Positions 19,499 to 29,321 of a DNA stretch of 49,691 nt are shown in pieces. A program made the position numbers and the translations under genes. This stretch comes from Chitinophagales bacterium (GTDB taxonomy: Bacteria; Bacteroidota; Bacteroidia; Chitinophagales; Chitinophagaceae): contig JBBSJN010000001.1 in the NCBI GenBank assembly GCA_038257235.1, positions 1-49,691 of the forward strand. Direction: 5' to 3'. Within the stretch, counting starts at the first letter, position 1; each line of letters starts with the position of its first letter. Below the pieces are notes generated by a model. It had not been told where the DNA came from, searched no databases, and saw only the letters and a list, made by a program, of their open reading frames with translations.

Positions 19499-20812
19499 AT
19501 GAAAATGAAAAACCTTTACTACTCCCTATTTGCGGCTACCTGCATGTTAATGTTGGCTAGTTGTGGCATTCTGGGAAAGAAAAACAGCAAAGGCGGAAGC
19601 CTGCCTAACGATGGAATGGTGCATGGTGTTGATCCTGGTGGTAAGTACAGCCTTCCCCGGCCTCCGGGTATGGTGTATGTGCCGCAGGGTACTTTCCATA
19701 TGGGTCCTAGTGATGAGGATCCTGCTTATGCATTCAGCGCAAGAAATCGTTCTGTATCAATCAGTGGCTTCTGGATGGATGCTACTGAAATTACCAACAA
19801 CGAGTATCGTCAGTTCGTTCAGTGGGTTCGTGACTCTGTAGTAGCCCGGAAAATGGGTTATGTAAAGTCTGGTTCCGATGGCAACGAATATGTTGATTGG
19901 GCTAAAATGAAAACCATGAAATGGAGTGATCCAAAAGTAATGGAGCAACTTAGCAGTACAGATGTTATCCTTCCTCCTGATGACAGAATTTTTGGTAAAA
20001 AAGAAATTGACCCTACTAAAATTGCTTTTCATTCTGAAATATTTGACCTTAAAGAAGCGGCAAAAAGAGAAAATGCCGGCAAACCTCGGTCAAAATTTAT
20101 TGTAAAGAAAGATGTTCAGATATATCCGGACACATTGGCCTGGATCCGTGACTTCGCTTATTCTTACAATGAACCAATGACAAAAAGATATTTCTCGCAT
20201 CCTGCATTTGGTAATTATCCTGTTGTTGGTATAAACTGGAAACAGGCTAATGCTTTTTGTGAGTGGAGAACTCATTTATTAAATTCTTTCCTTGATTCTA
20301 AGAAACGTACTCAAGAGTCTGATTTCCGCCTGCCTACAGAAGCGCAGTGGGAATATGCGGCTCGTGGCGGTCGTTCTCAATCAATGTTTCCTTGGGGTAA
20401 TTATTACCTGCGAAATAAGAAAGGATGCTTAATGGCAAACTTTAAACCAGGTCGTGGTAACTATCCGGAAGATGGTGGTTTCTATACTGTCCGTGCAGAT
20501 TCATACTGGCCGAATGATTATGGTCTTTATTGTATGAGTGGAAACGTAGCAGAATGGACTTCTTCTATTTTTTATGAGGGACGTAATAACTTTCAGCATG
20601 ACATGAACCCGGATGTTCGTTGGAATGCAAAAGATGATGATCCTCCCCTTATGAAGCGTAAAATAATCCGTGGTGGTAGTTGGAAAGATGTTGGTTATTA
20701 CCTGCAGACAGGAACCAGCACTTATGAGTATCAGGATTCAACCAAATCTTACATTGGCTTCCGTTGTGTGATTGATTTGCCGGCAGCTCCTGCTAAAGGC
20801 CGTAAAAAATAA
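19499..20812 (+). CDS. gldK: Gliding motility/T9SS lipoprotein GldK (start 19499 or 19505)
   Basis: Lipobox LASC, FGE-sulfatase/SUMF1 motifs (EITNNEYRQFV.WVRDS, FRLPTEAQWEYAARGG), first gene of KLMN. Confidence 0.93.
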   Translation: MKMKNLYYSLFAATCMLMLASCGILGKKNSKGGSLPNDGMVHGVDPGGKYSLPRPPGMVYVPQGTFHMGPSDEDPAYAFSARNRSVSISGFWMDATEITNNEYRQFVQWVRDSVVARKMGYVKSGSDGNEYVDWAKMKTMKWSDPKVMEQLSSTDVILPPDDRIFGKKEIDPTKIAFHSEIFDLKEAAKRENAGKPRSKFIVKKDVQIYPDTLAWIRDFAYSYNEPMTKRYFSHPAFGNYPVVGINWKQANAFCEWRTHLLNSFLDSKKRTQESDFRLPTEAQWEYAARGGRSQSMFPWGNYYLRNKKGCLMANFKPGRGNYPEDGGFYTVRADSYWPNDYGLYCMSGNVAEWTSSIFYEGRNNFQHDMNPDVRWNAKDDDPPLMKRKIIRGGSWKDVGYYLQTGTSTYEYQDSTKSYIGFRCVIDLPAAPAKGRKK

Positions 20813-20838
20813 TTTAAAGCTATTTATAATAATATATT

Positions 20839-20880
20839 GAGAGGACAGTTATTAGCCTGTCCTCTCTTATTCTCTTTTTT
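20839..20880 (+). terminator. Intra-operon hairpin between gldK and gldL
   Basis: GAGAGGACAG-N8-CTGTCCTCTC followed by a T-rich tract. Confidence 0.55.
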
Positions 20881-20919
20881 ATTTTAATATCAAATTAAAA
20901 CCTTTTAAAAAATCCGATT

Positions 20920-21693
20920 ATGGCAGCAGCTATTCCTTCCAAAATAAGTAAATGGGTAGACGTAGGCGTATCTTTTGGCGCCGCATTAGTTATCTGGGGT
21001 GCCCTCAGAAAAATCACTCATGCCGCAGACGCAGACATGTGGCTGTGGATCGGTTTAACAACTGAAGCAATCATCTTCTCTGTGTATGGTATTTTATATG
21101 CCATTTACCCTCCAGTTAAAGACGCTTCGCATGATGAAGAGCAGTTTTCTGTTGCAGGAGCTCAATCAAGAGCTGGATTTGTCGCAATGGATAAGATGAT
21201 GCTTGAAGCTGATATTACACCTGATACAATGAAAAAATTAGGTGAAGGTTTTAAGCAATTAAATACAACTGTAATTGGTTTGGGCGGTATTACCGATACG
21301 GTAGCTGCTACAGGTGAGTTTGCTGCAAAAACAAGAGAAGTAACCGGTACTTTAGATAAAGTAAAAGATGCTTACACTACTGCAGCCTCTTCGGTAGGAG
21401 CTTTTAATACTGCTACTGAGGGTGCTAAGCAATTCCATGATCAGATACAGGTATTGACAAAGAATTTGTCTTCTTTAAATACTATTTATGAATTAGAGTT
21501 ACAGGAAAGTAATAACCATTTGAAAGCGTTGAATGCATTCTATGGTAAGCTTTCTGAAACATCTGCTACTATGCTTAACAGCGCTGAAGATGCTAAAAAA
21601 GTACAAGAGCAGATCGGTAGCCTTGCTACTAACTTAGGCCGCCTTAACAGTATTTATGGCAACATGATTACAGCCATGCAGGGTCGCAACTAA
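20920..21693 (+). CDS. gldL: T9SS/gliding motor subunit GldL
   Basis: GAALVIWGAL.KI.H, IGLTTEA.IF, NLSSLNTIYELELQ, LNSIYGNM..AM. Confidence 0.93.
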   Translation: MAAAIPSKISKWVDVGVSFGAALVIWGALRKITHAADADMWLWIGLTTEAIIFSVYGILYAIYPPVKDASHDEEQFSVAGAQSRAGFVAMDKMMLEADITPDTMKKLGEGFKQLNTTVIGLGGITDTVAATGEFAAKTREVTGTLDKVKDAYTTAASSVGAFNTATEGAKQFHDQIQVLTKNLSSLNTIYELELQESNNHLKALNAFYGKLSETSATMLNSAEDAKKVQEQIGSLATNLGRLNSIYGNMITAMQGRN

Positions 21694-21779
21694 AACAAAA
21701 TTAATAGTATGCAAGAGAACAGAAAGTCTCTTTCATAAAGTAAAAGCCACTATTCTAATAAAATTAAACGTAAGAAGAC

Positions 21780-23318
21780 ATGTCATTACCTAAAGAGCCC
21801 CGGCAAAAGATGATCAATATCATGTACCTGGTGCTTACAGCACTGTTGGCTCTGAACGTATCATCCGAAATCCTCAACGCTTTTAGAACTGTAAATAGAA
21901 GTCTTGAAAATACCAACACAACAGTTAACAGATCTACAGAAACGATTATGAAATCGTTGAAAGAGAAAACAACTAAACCTGAAACTGCTGAAAGAGCCAA
22001 TATCTGGCTGCCGAAGGCGGACAGTGTTGTTGCCTTATCTAAAAATGTGTATGATTATATCACCAGCCTGAAAGCCCAGATTCTGGAGAGAGCTGGTGGA
22101 AGTATTTCGGATCCTACTAAAGAGTTTAAAGAAGATAATCTTGATATAGTTACCAAATTGATGGTAGCTGGAGGGGAAGGAAAGAAGTTGTTAAAAATGC
22201 TGGGAGATTATAAAACCAATGTATTGGGGATTAATCCAGAAATAAAAGCTGAGTTCGAAAATTCGTTACAAATTGATCTATCAAACCCTCCGGGCCGTGA
22301 TGGCAAAACGAAAGATTGGGATATTTCATATTTTAACATGGTGCCAACTGTTGCTGGTCTTACTATCTTAAGTAAGTTCCAAAATGACATCAAAACTGCT
22401 GAAAATAAGGTAGTTGCGTTCTGTCATAACAAAGTTGGTTCTGTTGAAGTTGTGTTTGATTCTTACGCTGCTATTGTGGGTCAAAATTCAAATTATTTGA
22501 TGCCAGGCCAAAAGCTTGAAATAAAAGCTGGTGTTGGAGCGTTTAGTAAATCAGCAAAGCCTACTATTTCGATTGGTGGAGCTGTAGTTCCAATTGGTGA
22601 AGAAGGATTTGCGCTGAAAGAATTTGTAGCTGAAGGAATTGGAGCCAAAAGTATTCCTGTAACGATTAAATATTTTAATCAGACAACCGGACAAGAAGAA
22701 ACAAAAGAAGTAAAAGTAGAGTATGAAGTGGGTTCTTCTAATGCTTCAATAGCTCTTGATAAAATGAATGTTCTTTATATAGGTGTAGATAACCCGGTTA
22801 CTATTGCAGCCAGCGGAGCTGGAGATGACAAAGTGAATGTAAGTATCAGTGGTGGGGGAGGTAGTATCAGCCGAATAGGTAAAGGAAAATACAATGTCAG
22901 AGTAGGTCAGCAAAGTGATGATTGCAAAATTACTGTGTCTGTTGATGGCAAAGTAGCTGGTGTATCACAATTCAGAGTTCGTCAGATACCCGGAGCACAG
23001 GCAACGGTTGGCGGATTTATCAGTGGAGAAAATGTTTCGGCTGGTACGTTCAGAGCTCAGGGGGGTGTGGCTGCTTGGATTAAAGATTTTCCTTTCGATC
23101 TGAAATATACGGTTACTCAGTTTACTATAAGTACTGATAGTGATGACGGAGATATTGTAGAGGCAGTTTGTACAGGAAATGCATTTAGCCCAAATGCGAT
23201 GAACATTATCAAAACTCAGGTAAAAGCAGGCAAAACAGTTTATATTGATAATATCAGAGTTCAAGGCGAAGATGGTCAAAATAAAAAAGCAGCTTCTTTG
23301 GTGTATTATATCAAGTAA
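21780..23318 (+). CDS. gldM: T9SS/gliding motor subunit GldM
   Basis: PRQKMINIMYLVLTALLALNVS, KMNVLYIGVDNP. Confidence 0.95.
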   Translation: MSLPKEPRQKMINIMYLVLTALLALNVSSEILNAFRTVNRSLENTNTTVNRSTETIMKSLKEKTTKPETAERANIWLPKADSVVALSKNVYDYITSLKAQILERAGGSISDPTKEFKEDNLDIVTKLMVAGGEGKKLLKMLGDYKTNVLGINPEIKAEFENSLQIDLSNPPGRDGKTKDWDISYFNMVPTVAGLTILSKFQNDIKTAENKVVAFCHNKVGSVEVVFDSYAAIVGQNSNYLMPGQKLEIKAGVGAFSKSAKPTISIGGAVVPIGEEGFALKEFVAEGIGAKSIPVTIKYFNQTTGQEETKEVKVEYEVGSSNASIALDKMNVLYIGVDNPVTIAASGAGDDKVNVSISGGGGSISRIGKGKYNVRVGQQSDDCKITVSVDGKVAGVSQFRVRQIPGAQATVGGFISGENVSAGTFRAQGGVAAWIKDFPFDLKYTVTQFTISTDSDDGDIVEAVCTGNAFSPNAMNIIKTQVKAGKTVYIDNIRVQGEDGQNKKAASLVYYIK

Positions 23319-23333
23319 ATACAATTTTAACGT

Positions 23334-24356
23334 ATGAAAAAATTTATTGTAAAAACAGGGTTATGTGTGTTGTTGGTATCTGCAATAGCTATCAATGCTG
23401 ATGCACAACGTACAAAGAGGAGAACAGGGAATAATCCTACAAATCCGACCAACCCTACTAACCCAGGCGAGGAGGTAACAAATAATAATAATACTGCTCC
23501 TACTTATAATCCTAATGTAAGTATCCCACTTACTTATGACACCTCTGGTGCAGGAAGTGGGGCGGCGAAGCCATCATTAAGAAATGATAATGCTTTTGAT
23601 AAGGGTAATTTAATGGGCCGTACACCATTGCCATATGAGCATTTACGTTGGGACGATGCCTTATTCGCAGAAAAAGTATGGCGGGAACTGGATCTTAGAG
23701 AAAAAATGAATCAGACTTTCCGCTACCAGGCAGAAGATGATAACGGAAGCCAGATTTTTTTGAATATTCTTTTAAAGGCGGTTCAGAATGGTGATGTTAC
23801 TGCGTGGACTGACGACCGATTTACCACCCCGCTATCACTTGATGAATTAACGCAAAAAACTTCAGGTGGATTTGATACCGCCGACAGGGTTGATATTAAC
23901 GATCCAAGTAAAATTGTTGCAAGAGTGGTTACTCTAAAATCTTTTGATCCTAACAGTGTTATCAAATTAAGAGTAAAGGAAGAGTGGGTATTTGACAGAG
24001 AATCGAGCAGAATGTTTTGCCGTATTCTTGGAATTGCTCCTATTGAAACCAAGTATAATGAGAATGGGCAGGAAAGAGGCTCCAGCGTAATGTTTTGGAT
24101 TTACTATCCGGATTTGCGCCCTACTTTAGCCAAATATGAGGTGTATAACCCCAAAAATATGGGACAAAGCCGGATGACTTGGGAAGAATTATTTGAAAGC
24201 CGTATGTTTAGTAGCTATATCCTTAAATCAACAATGGATAATGCAGCTAACAAGAACATCAAGCAATACATTAAGGACCCGATTCTTGCTCTTTTAGAGG
24301 GTGACAATATCAAAGAGAAAATATTCAATTTTGAACAGGATCTTTGGTCATATTAA
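23334..24356 (+). CDS. gldN: Gliding motility/T9SS protein GldN
   Basis: VWRELDLREKMNQ, KEEWVFDRESS....RILGIAP, FWIYYP, FEQDLWSY. Confidence 0.93.
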   Translation: MKKFIVKTGLCVLLVSAIAINADAQRTKRRTGNNPTNPTNPTNPGEEVTNNNNTAPTYNPNVSIPLTYDTSGAGSGAAKPSLRNDNAFDKGNLMGRTPLPYEHLRWDDALFAEKVWRELDLREKMNQTFRYQAEDDNGSQIFLNILLKAVQNGDVTAWTDDRFTTPLSLDELTQKTSGGFDTADRVDINDPSKIVARVVTLKSFDPNSVIKLRVKEEWVFDRESSRMFCRILGIAPIETKYNENGQERGSSVMFWIYYPDLRPTLAKYEVYNPKNMGQSRMTWEELFESRMFSSYILKSTMDNAANKNIKQYIKDPILALLEGDNIKEKIFNFEQDLWSY

Positions 24357-24380
24357 CAAAACCTCGAAATTCTACGATAT

Positions 24381-24410
24381 TTAAAAAGCCCCTCTAAGGG
24401 GCTTTTTAAA
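24381..24410 (+). terminator. Intrinsic terminator of gldKLMN
   Basis: TTAAAAAGCCCCT-CTA-AGGGGCTTTTTAA perfect hairpin with T tract. Confidence 0.8.
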
Positions 24411-24502
24411 TATCCAAGCTTTCCCGGCAAAAAATTAAAAAAATTATTCGAAAATCGTAAAAGTCCTATAGGATAGTTGGATTATTGTTGTATTTTCGTC
24501 TC

Positions 24503-24567
24503 GGTTTTTCATAGGATATTGGATTTTAAAAACGGGGCTGAATTTCTATTCCGGCCCCATTTTTTTT
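24503..24567 (+). ncRNA. Candidate small RNA of about 65 nt
   Basis: TATTTTCG -7-like box (24491-24498), short single-stranded 5' part, own GC hairpin plus T8; lies downstream of the gld terminator. Confidence 0.4.
24533..24567. terminator. Bidirectional terminator hairpin
   Basis: GGGGCTGAAT-TTCT-ATTCCGGCCCC with T tracts on both strands; uvrC ends at 24605. Confidence 0.7.
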
Positions 24568-24604
24568 GTACTTACCTCAATATTTTTTTTGGGAGAAGAA
24601 AATT

Positions 24605-26422
24605 TTAGTTTTGGCTGAAATGCTTCACCACCATTTTTGCTCTCGATACTCCAATCACTTTGCCTATTTCAACTTCTCCTTTTCCTGTTCTAATTACTTC
24701 ACGGATGTTTTTAACTGATTTAAAAGCTTTTAGCAATTCATTGGCTGTTTGTTTACCAATTCCCGGAATTTCTTCTAACTCGTTTTTAAATGTGCCTTTA
24801 CTTCTTTTATTACGATGAAATGTAATACCAAACCGATGTACTTCATCCCTGATACGACGAATGAAATGCAAGCTGTTACTGTTATAGGCCAGTTTTACAG
24901 AAGCAGAATCTCCTGCAAAGAATATTTCTTCAATATTTTTTGCCAGACCAATAACTGTTGACCGGCCTTCTACACCCAGTTCATTCAAAGCTTCGATGGC
25001 AGAGCTTAGCTGGCCTTTTCCTCCGTCTATAATTATTAACTGAGGAAAATCTTGCTTTTCCTCCTTAAGCCTCTTATAACGTCTGAGAACAGCCTCTTTC
25101 ATGCTGGCAAAGTCGTTAATGCCTTCAACTGTTTTAATATTGAAATGCCGGTAGTCTTTTTTACTTGCTTCGCCATTCTTAAAACATACCATTGCTGACA
25201 CCGGATAGCTGCCCTGGAAATTTGAATTATCAAAACATTCTATATAAAGAGGCAATTCCTGCAACTGCAAATCAGTTTGTAATTGTTCTAACAGCTTTAG
25301 CTTATCTGGATTTTTTGAACTTAACCGCAATCTTTCTTTATGCTTTAATTCTTCGATAAAATAATTGACGTTTTTAGCAGATAACTCCAACAGTTTTTTT
25401 CTATCACCACCTCTCGGAACTTTTACTATAACAGCTGATTGCGGATACTCAATAGCAAAAGGAACCACAATTTCAGCAGCATCACTATTGAAGGTGGTTC
25501 TGAGTTGCGCAATTGTATAAACCAGTATTTCTTCTGGTGTTTCTTCCAGATGTGTTTCTACTTTAGTCGTATGTGTTTGAATGATTGCCCCATTCCGTAC
25601 CATCAAAAAATTGATATAGCCGATTTCTTTATCCTGCTGAAAGTTGAAAACATCAACATTAATTGATTTGGCATTGGCTACAACAGAACGGGATTGATAC
25701 TTCTCAAGGAACTCGATTTTTTGCTTTAGTAATCCTGCTTTTTCAAAATTTAGTGCTGCTGCATTGGTCTTCATTTCATCTTTATAATGGCGGATAACTG
25801 GTGCAAGATTTCCCTTTAGCAAGTTTTTCATTTGAACAAGACCTTCCCGGTAATCTTCAGCCGTTTGCAAGCCTTCACAGGGTCCTTTACAATTTCCAAG
25901 ATGGTATTCAAGGCAGACCTTGAATTTCTTTTTTTTGATATTATTGTCAGTGAGATTAAGTGAGCAGTTTCTGAGTGGGATTGTTTGCCTGATGAATTCA
26001 AGCAACTCTCTTACTTTTTTTACGGAAGTATAAGGTCCAAGATATTCGGAACCATCATCAATTTTATTTCGTGTAAAAAATATTCTTGGGAATGGTTCTT
26101 TTTTTATTACGAGAAAAGGATAGCTCTTATCATCCTTCAGATTAATATTATACTTCGGCTGAAATTGTTTGATTAGCGTATTCTCTAATAAGAAAGCATC
26201 TTGTTCGGAATTAACAATGGTGAAGTCTATCCTGTTAATACGTTGTACCAGTTCATATGTTTTATAGCTGGTTAATGTTTTGATGAAGTAAGAACTTACT
26301 CTTTTCCGAAGATGTTTTGCCTTGCCAACATATAATAGTTCATTTTCAGCGTTATAGTATTTGTAAATACCAGGAAGCTTTGGAATACCAGAAACAATAT
26401 GTTGGAATTCGTGGGCTGTCAT
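24605..26422 (-). CDS. uvrC: Excinuclease ABC subunit C
   Basis: GIY...YVGKAK.LRKRVSSYF, PKYNINLKDDKSYP, IECFDNS, IIDGGKGQL, RDEVHRFGI.FHR, HhH. Confidence 0.96.
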   Translation of the reverse strand: MTAHEFQHIVSGIPKLPGIYKYYNAENELLYVGKAKHLRKRVSSYFIKTLTSYKTYELVQRINRIDFTIVNSEQDAFLLENTLIKQFQPKYNINLKDDKSYPFLVIKKEPFPRIFFTRNKIDDGSEYLGPYTSVKKVRELLEFIRQTIPLRNCSLNLTDNNIKKKKFKVCLEYHLGNCKGPCEGLQTAEDYREGLVQMKNLLKGNLAPVIRHYKDEMKTNAAALNFEKAGLLKQKIEFLEKYQSRSVVANAKSINVDVFNFQQDKEIGYINFLMVRNGAIIQTHTTKVETHLEETPEEILVYTIAQLRTTFNSDAAEIVVPFAIEYPQSAVIVKVPRGGDRKKLLELSAKNVNYFIEELKHKERLRLSSKNPDKLKLLEQLQTDLQLQELPLYIECFDNSNFQGSYPVSAMVCFKNGEASKKDYRHFNIKTVEGINDFASMKEAVLRRYKRLKEEKQDFPQLIIIDGGKGQLSSAIEALNELGVEGRSTVIGLAKNIEEIFFAGDSASVKLAYNSNSLHFIRRIRDEVHRFGITFHRNKRSKGTFKNELEEIPGIGKQTANELLKAFKSVKNIREVIRTGKGEVEIGKVIGVSRAKMVVKHFSQN

Positions 26423-26994
26423 CAGTTTTTATCTTCATTCCAGCTTACTTTCATAATTGTAGTTTGTTCAGGCTTCCCCTTTTTTTGGCTGGTGGTAACT
26501 ACCTGAAAATATTTATCCAGTTGCCAGAGCATTTTCTTTTGCAGAAAACTATCCCGGTTACTTATTTCTCTGATAACAATAATATTGTTTACTTTATCAC
26601 CGGCCGGGCTTGGTGTAACCAGCATTTCCTGTTTTTTTGTTTCCTCTTCGTCAGGATTAATGGGGGTATAAGTGATTATTACACGATTTAATAATTCGTC
26701 ATAACGGGGTGCCTCTTCTTTAAATTTTTTAGCAACTTTTTGGTCTGAAAGATCCGGGATGTTCAAAAAATCTTTTGCAATGGAAGCAAATTCTTCTCTT
26801 GGGATATAAACCGTATCGCTATTAGCACTGTCTTTTATCATTATTTTCATAATAGGATATAAAGAAGTGTCTACATGTGCTACCTGCTTTTTAATAAGCG
26901 AAACAATGGAGATGAATTTCTTGTCCTCTTGTTTTTGTTTACAGGAGAGCAGAAAAATAAACAAAAAGAAAAATGCCGTTAAACTGGTTTTCAT
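26422..26994 (-). CDS. Hypothetical lipoprotein
   Basis: Lipobox LLSC; stop overlaps the uvrC start. Confidence 0.7.
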   Translation of the reverse strand: MKTSLTAFFFLFIFLLSCKQKQEDKKFISIVSLIKKQVAHVDTSLYPIMKIMIKDSANSDTVYIPREEFASIAKDFLNIPDLSDQKVAKKFKEEAPRYDELLNRVIITYTPINPDEEETKKQEMLVTPSPAGDKVNNIIVIREISNRDSFLQKKMLWQLDKYFQVVTTSQKKGKPEQTTIMKVSWNEDKN

Positions 26995-27054
26995 GGGTTA
27001 AAATTAACGCAAAGTAAGATTGAAATAAAGCTTAGACACATTTGAGTAAACAAT

Positions 27055-27089
27055 AAAAAAATCCCATTGCCAATAACAATGGGAATTTT
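27055..27089 (-). terminator. Terminator after the ECF sigma/partner operon
   Basis: TCCCATTG...CAATGGGA with a T tract on the minus strand. Confidence 0.6.
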
Positions 27090-27113
27090 AAAGCAGAGCA
27101 GTTAGTATTGATC

Positions 27114-28571
27114 CTATTTCAGCGTTACACCTAGTTTTACGCCAAAATCAAAAAGATGTTCTTTAATCGGATAGGTATCATAAAAGCTGGAAAAAAGCTG
27201 GTAACGAACATGTGGCCCGATTCTCCAATCAATTTTTCCTGTGTTATATCCGGCAAAAAGTTCGAATCCGGTATTAATATTCCATTTACGGGTTAATGAA
27301 GGAACTATTGCATAGTTTTTTAAATCGGTAGAAAGAAGGTAGGCCCTGTTTCCCAGAATATAAGTCGGCTGCACAGTTGCTCCAACGCCTATAATTGTTT
27401 TGCTTTTTCCAGACAGCTTAACTTCTGCACCAACAGGTAAAGATGTGGAAACATATTTATTATGTAACCAGGAAGCTCTGTAGCCTCCCACATTTCTTAA
27501 ATTTGTGACGGTTGAAAGAGTACTCGAGCCACCGGAAGAATTAGTTAATGCAATAGTGGCAATCTCGCTACTATGGTTCGAAGCCTGAATGTTATACTTG
27601 CTAACATTGAACTGGAGCCCGGCTGTTAAAGTAATGACTTTCGAAACAGGAAATCCGGCTGAAACACCCAATTGTATGCCCATATCTGGTTTATGTGTTA
27701 CTACTTTATTAATATCCGAAAATGAATAGACAGGAGGAGCACCAGAAGAAGAACGGGCAGCATCAAGAAAAGGTCTGTTTTCATTCAGCTTACGATAGGT
27801 AATTGACGGAATGACATGCATCTGCCAAATTACTTTTTTGGAAGGTTTGTTATTCTTGTATGCATTTACTACACTTTCTATCGTCATCGGGTACAGATCT
27901 TTTTCTTGTGTGGCAGTGTTTTCAGCAGATGCTGCGAGTTCTTCTGTAGGAGAATCAGCAATTATTGTTTCTGTTGGAACACTCTTAAGGTTGGTTATAT
28001 CAACATATGCTATTGGTGTAATGTCTTTCTTATTGATAGTATAAACTGTTTCGGTTTTTATCGGCTGTTTAGTATAAGTAACTATCGGTTTTGTTAATAA
28101 GGCGATTTCAGATTCCCGAAAATCATCAGGCTTTTCATTTTCGATAATTGCTGTAGTTACCGGTGCTGTACTATTTGTTGTTATACTCTTTTCTGCTATT
28201 GTTGTAGTAGCAAAAAGTACTTTCTGTGTATTGTCTGGAGATATAGGAGGTGTATTTTTTTTGTTGTTTGCTTTTACCGGTGTGATTATAATTTCCGATT
28301 CAGGACTTTCAGGTTGAGTGTTTTTAAGCGAAACCAAATTGGACTTGTCGGAAAGGGTCTGTTGTTGTTTATTTGTAGGGCTAAGCATTATGCCGGTTAC
28401 CGCAGCGGTTGAGAGTAAAAGAAGTGCTAAACCTATTCCGTACCAGCGTCTACGGGTATGCAATGTATTATTGATGCCCTTCCAAACCCTTTCAGATGGA
28501 AACATCCGGTATTGATCTGCATTTTGTTTTACAAAGTGCTCAAAATCTCTATTTTCAAAATTTTTGTTCAT
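27114..28571 (-). CDS. Putative anti-sigma partner: N-terminal domain, TM, low-complexity linker, C-terminal beta-barrel
   Basis: PSERVWKGI N-terminus, TM WYGIGLALLLLSTAAVTGIML, T/P/K-rich linker, amphipathic beta strands; directly after the ECF sigma. Confidence 0.6.
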   Translation of the reverse strand: MNKNFENRDFEHFVKQNADQYRMFPSERVWKGINNTLHTRRRWYGIGLALLLLSTAAVTGIMLSPTNKQQQTLSDKSNLVSLKNTQPESPESEIIITPVKANNKKNTPPISPDNTQKVLFATTTIAEKSITTNSTAPVTTAIIENEKPDDFRESEIALLTKPIVTYTKQPIKTETVYTINKKDITPIAYVDITNLKSVPTETIIADSPTEELAASAENTATQEKDLYPMTIESVVNAYKNNKPSKKVIWQMHVIPSITYRKLNENRPFLDAARSSSGAPPVYSFSDINKVVTHKPDMGIQLGVSAGFPVSKVITLTAGLQFNVSKYNIQASNHSSEIATIALTNSSGGSSTLSTVTNLRNVGGYRASWLHNKYVSTSLPVGAEVKLSGKSKTIIGVGATVQPTYILGNRAYLLSTDLKNYAIVPSLTRKWNINTGFELFAGYNTGKIDWRIGPHVRYQLFSSFYDTYPIKEHLFDFGVKLGVTLK

Positions 28572-28601
28572 AACGAGTACTCACTAAATAGGTACTTCTT
28601 T

Positions 28602-29183
28602 TTATCTCTGGTTAACAGCGGCAAGCCAATTAGCTTCCTGTTTTGGTTTTTGTAAAATTCTTCTTCTTATCAAAATATTTTCAAGCATTGCTTTAGCCCT
28701 TGTATACTGACTTCGGCTGGTACTTTCTTCTATTCCTAATATATTGGCTATTTCCCGATGACTATAACCTTCAATTGCGTAAAGGTTAAGCACTGTTCTG
28801 TAGCCGATCGGTAACATTCTGATACATTCAACAACTTGTTTTGCCTGAATTATGGCAGGGACACTTTCTTCTCTTATTTGTACTCCCGTTGCATGAATGA
28901 TGTCTACACTTTCATTAAACTTCTTGTTCTTTTTGAGAATATTAATACAAGTGTGAACAATTATCCGCCTAATCCATCCTTCAAAAGAGCCGCGGTTTTC
29001 AAAACTGTGCATTTGCAAGAACACCTTAATGAAACCTTCCTGAAGCATATCTTCAGCATCTTCACGGTTATGAGCAAAACGATAGCAGACAGCCAGCATT
29101 TTAGGGCTGTACTTATTGTACAATTCCCGCTGGGCAACAGCATCGCTGTTCAAACAACCTTTTAAAAGGGCTTCCTCTGTCAT
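28602..29183 (-). CDS. ECF RNA polymerase sigma-70 factor
   Basis: DAEDMLQEGFIKVF, SFEGWIRRI, LPIGYRTVLNLYAIEGYSHREIA..LGI.ESTSRSQ. Confidence 0.93.
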   Translation of the reverse strand: MTEEALLKGCLNSDAVAQRELYNKYSPKMLAVCYRFAHNREDAEDMLQEGFIKVFLQMHSFENRGSFEGWIRRIIVHTCINILKKNKKFNESVDIIHATGVQIREESVPAIIQAKQVVECIRMLPIGYRTVLNLYAIEGYSHREIANILGIEESTSRSQYTRAKAMLENILIRRRILQKPKQEANWLAAVNQR

Positions 29184-29321
29184 AACTTACTTTGGTTGCC
29201 TGTAATTTAGACAAAATTTCGGAACAAATGCTGCACAACAATGTAAAAATTAAGGGTATTACGGAAATTATAAAGGTAAAAGCCAGCGCCTTGACCTATA
29301 TACCGGATATAGAAGAAGAAA

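Noticed and set aside
23430-23465. NPT x3 repeat in the GldN N-terminus
   Set aside because: The codons are diverged; this is an ordinary low-complexity linker
24605-26422. UvrC GIY-YIG domain as the mobiliser of the repeats
   Set aside because: It is a full-length canonical repair protein with no flanking repeats
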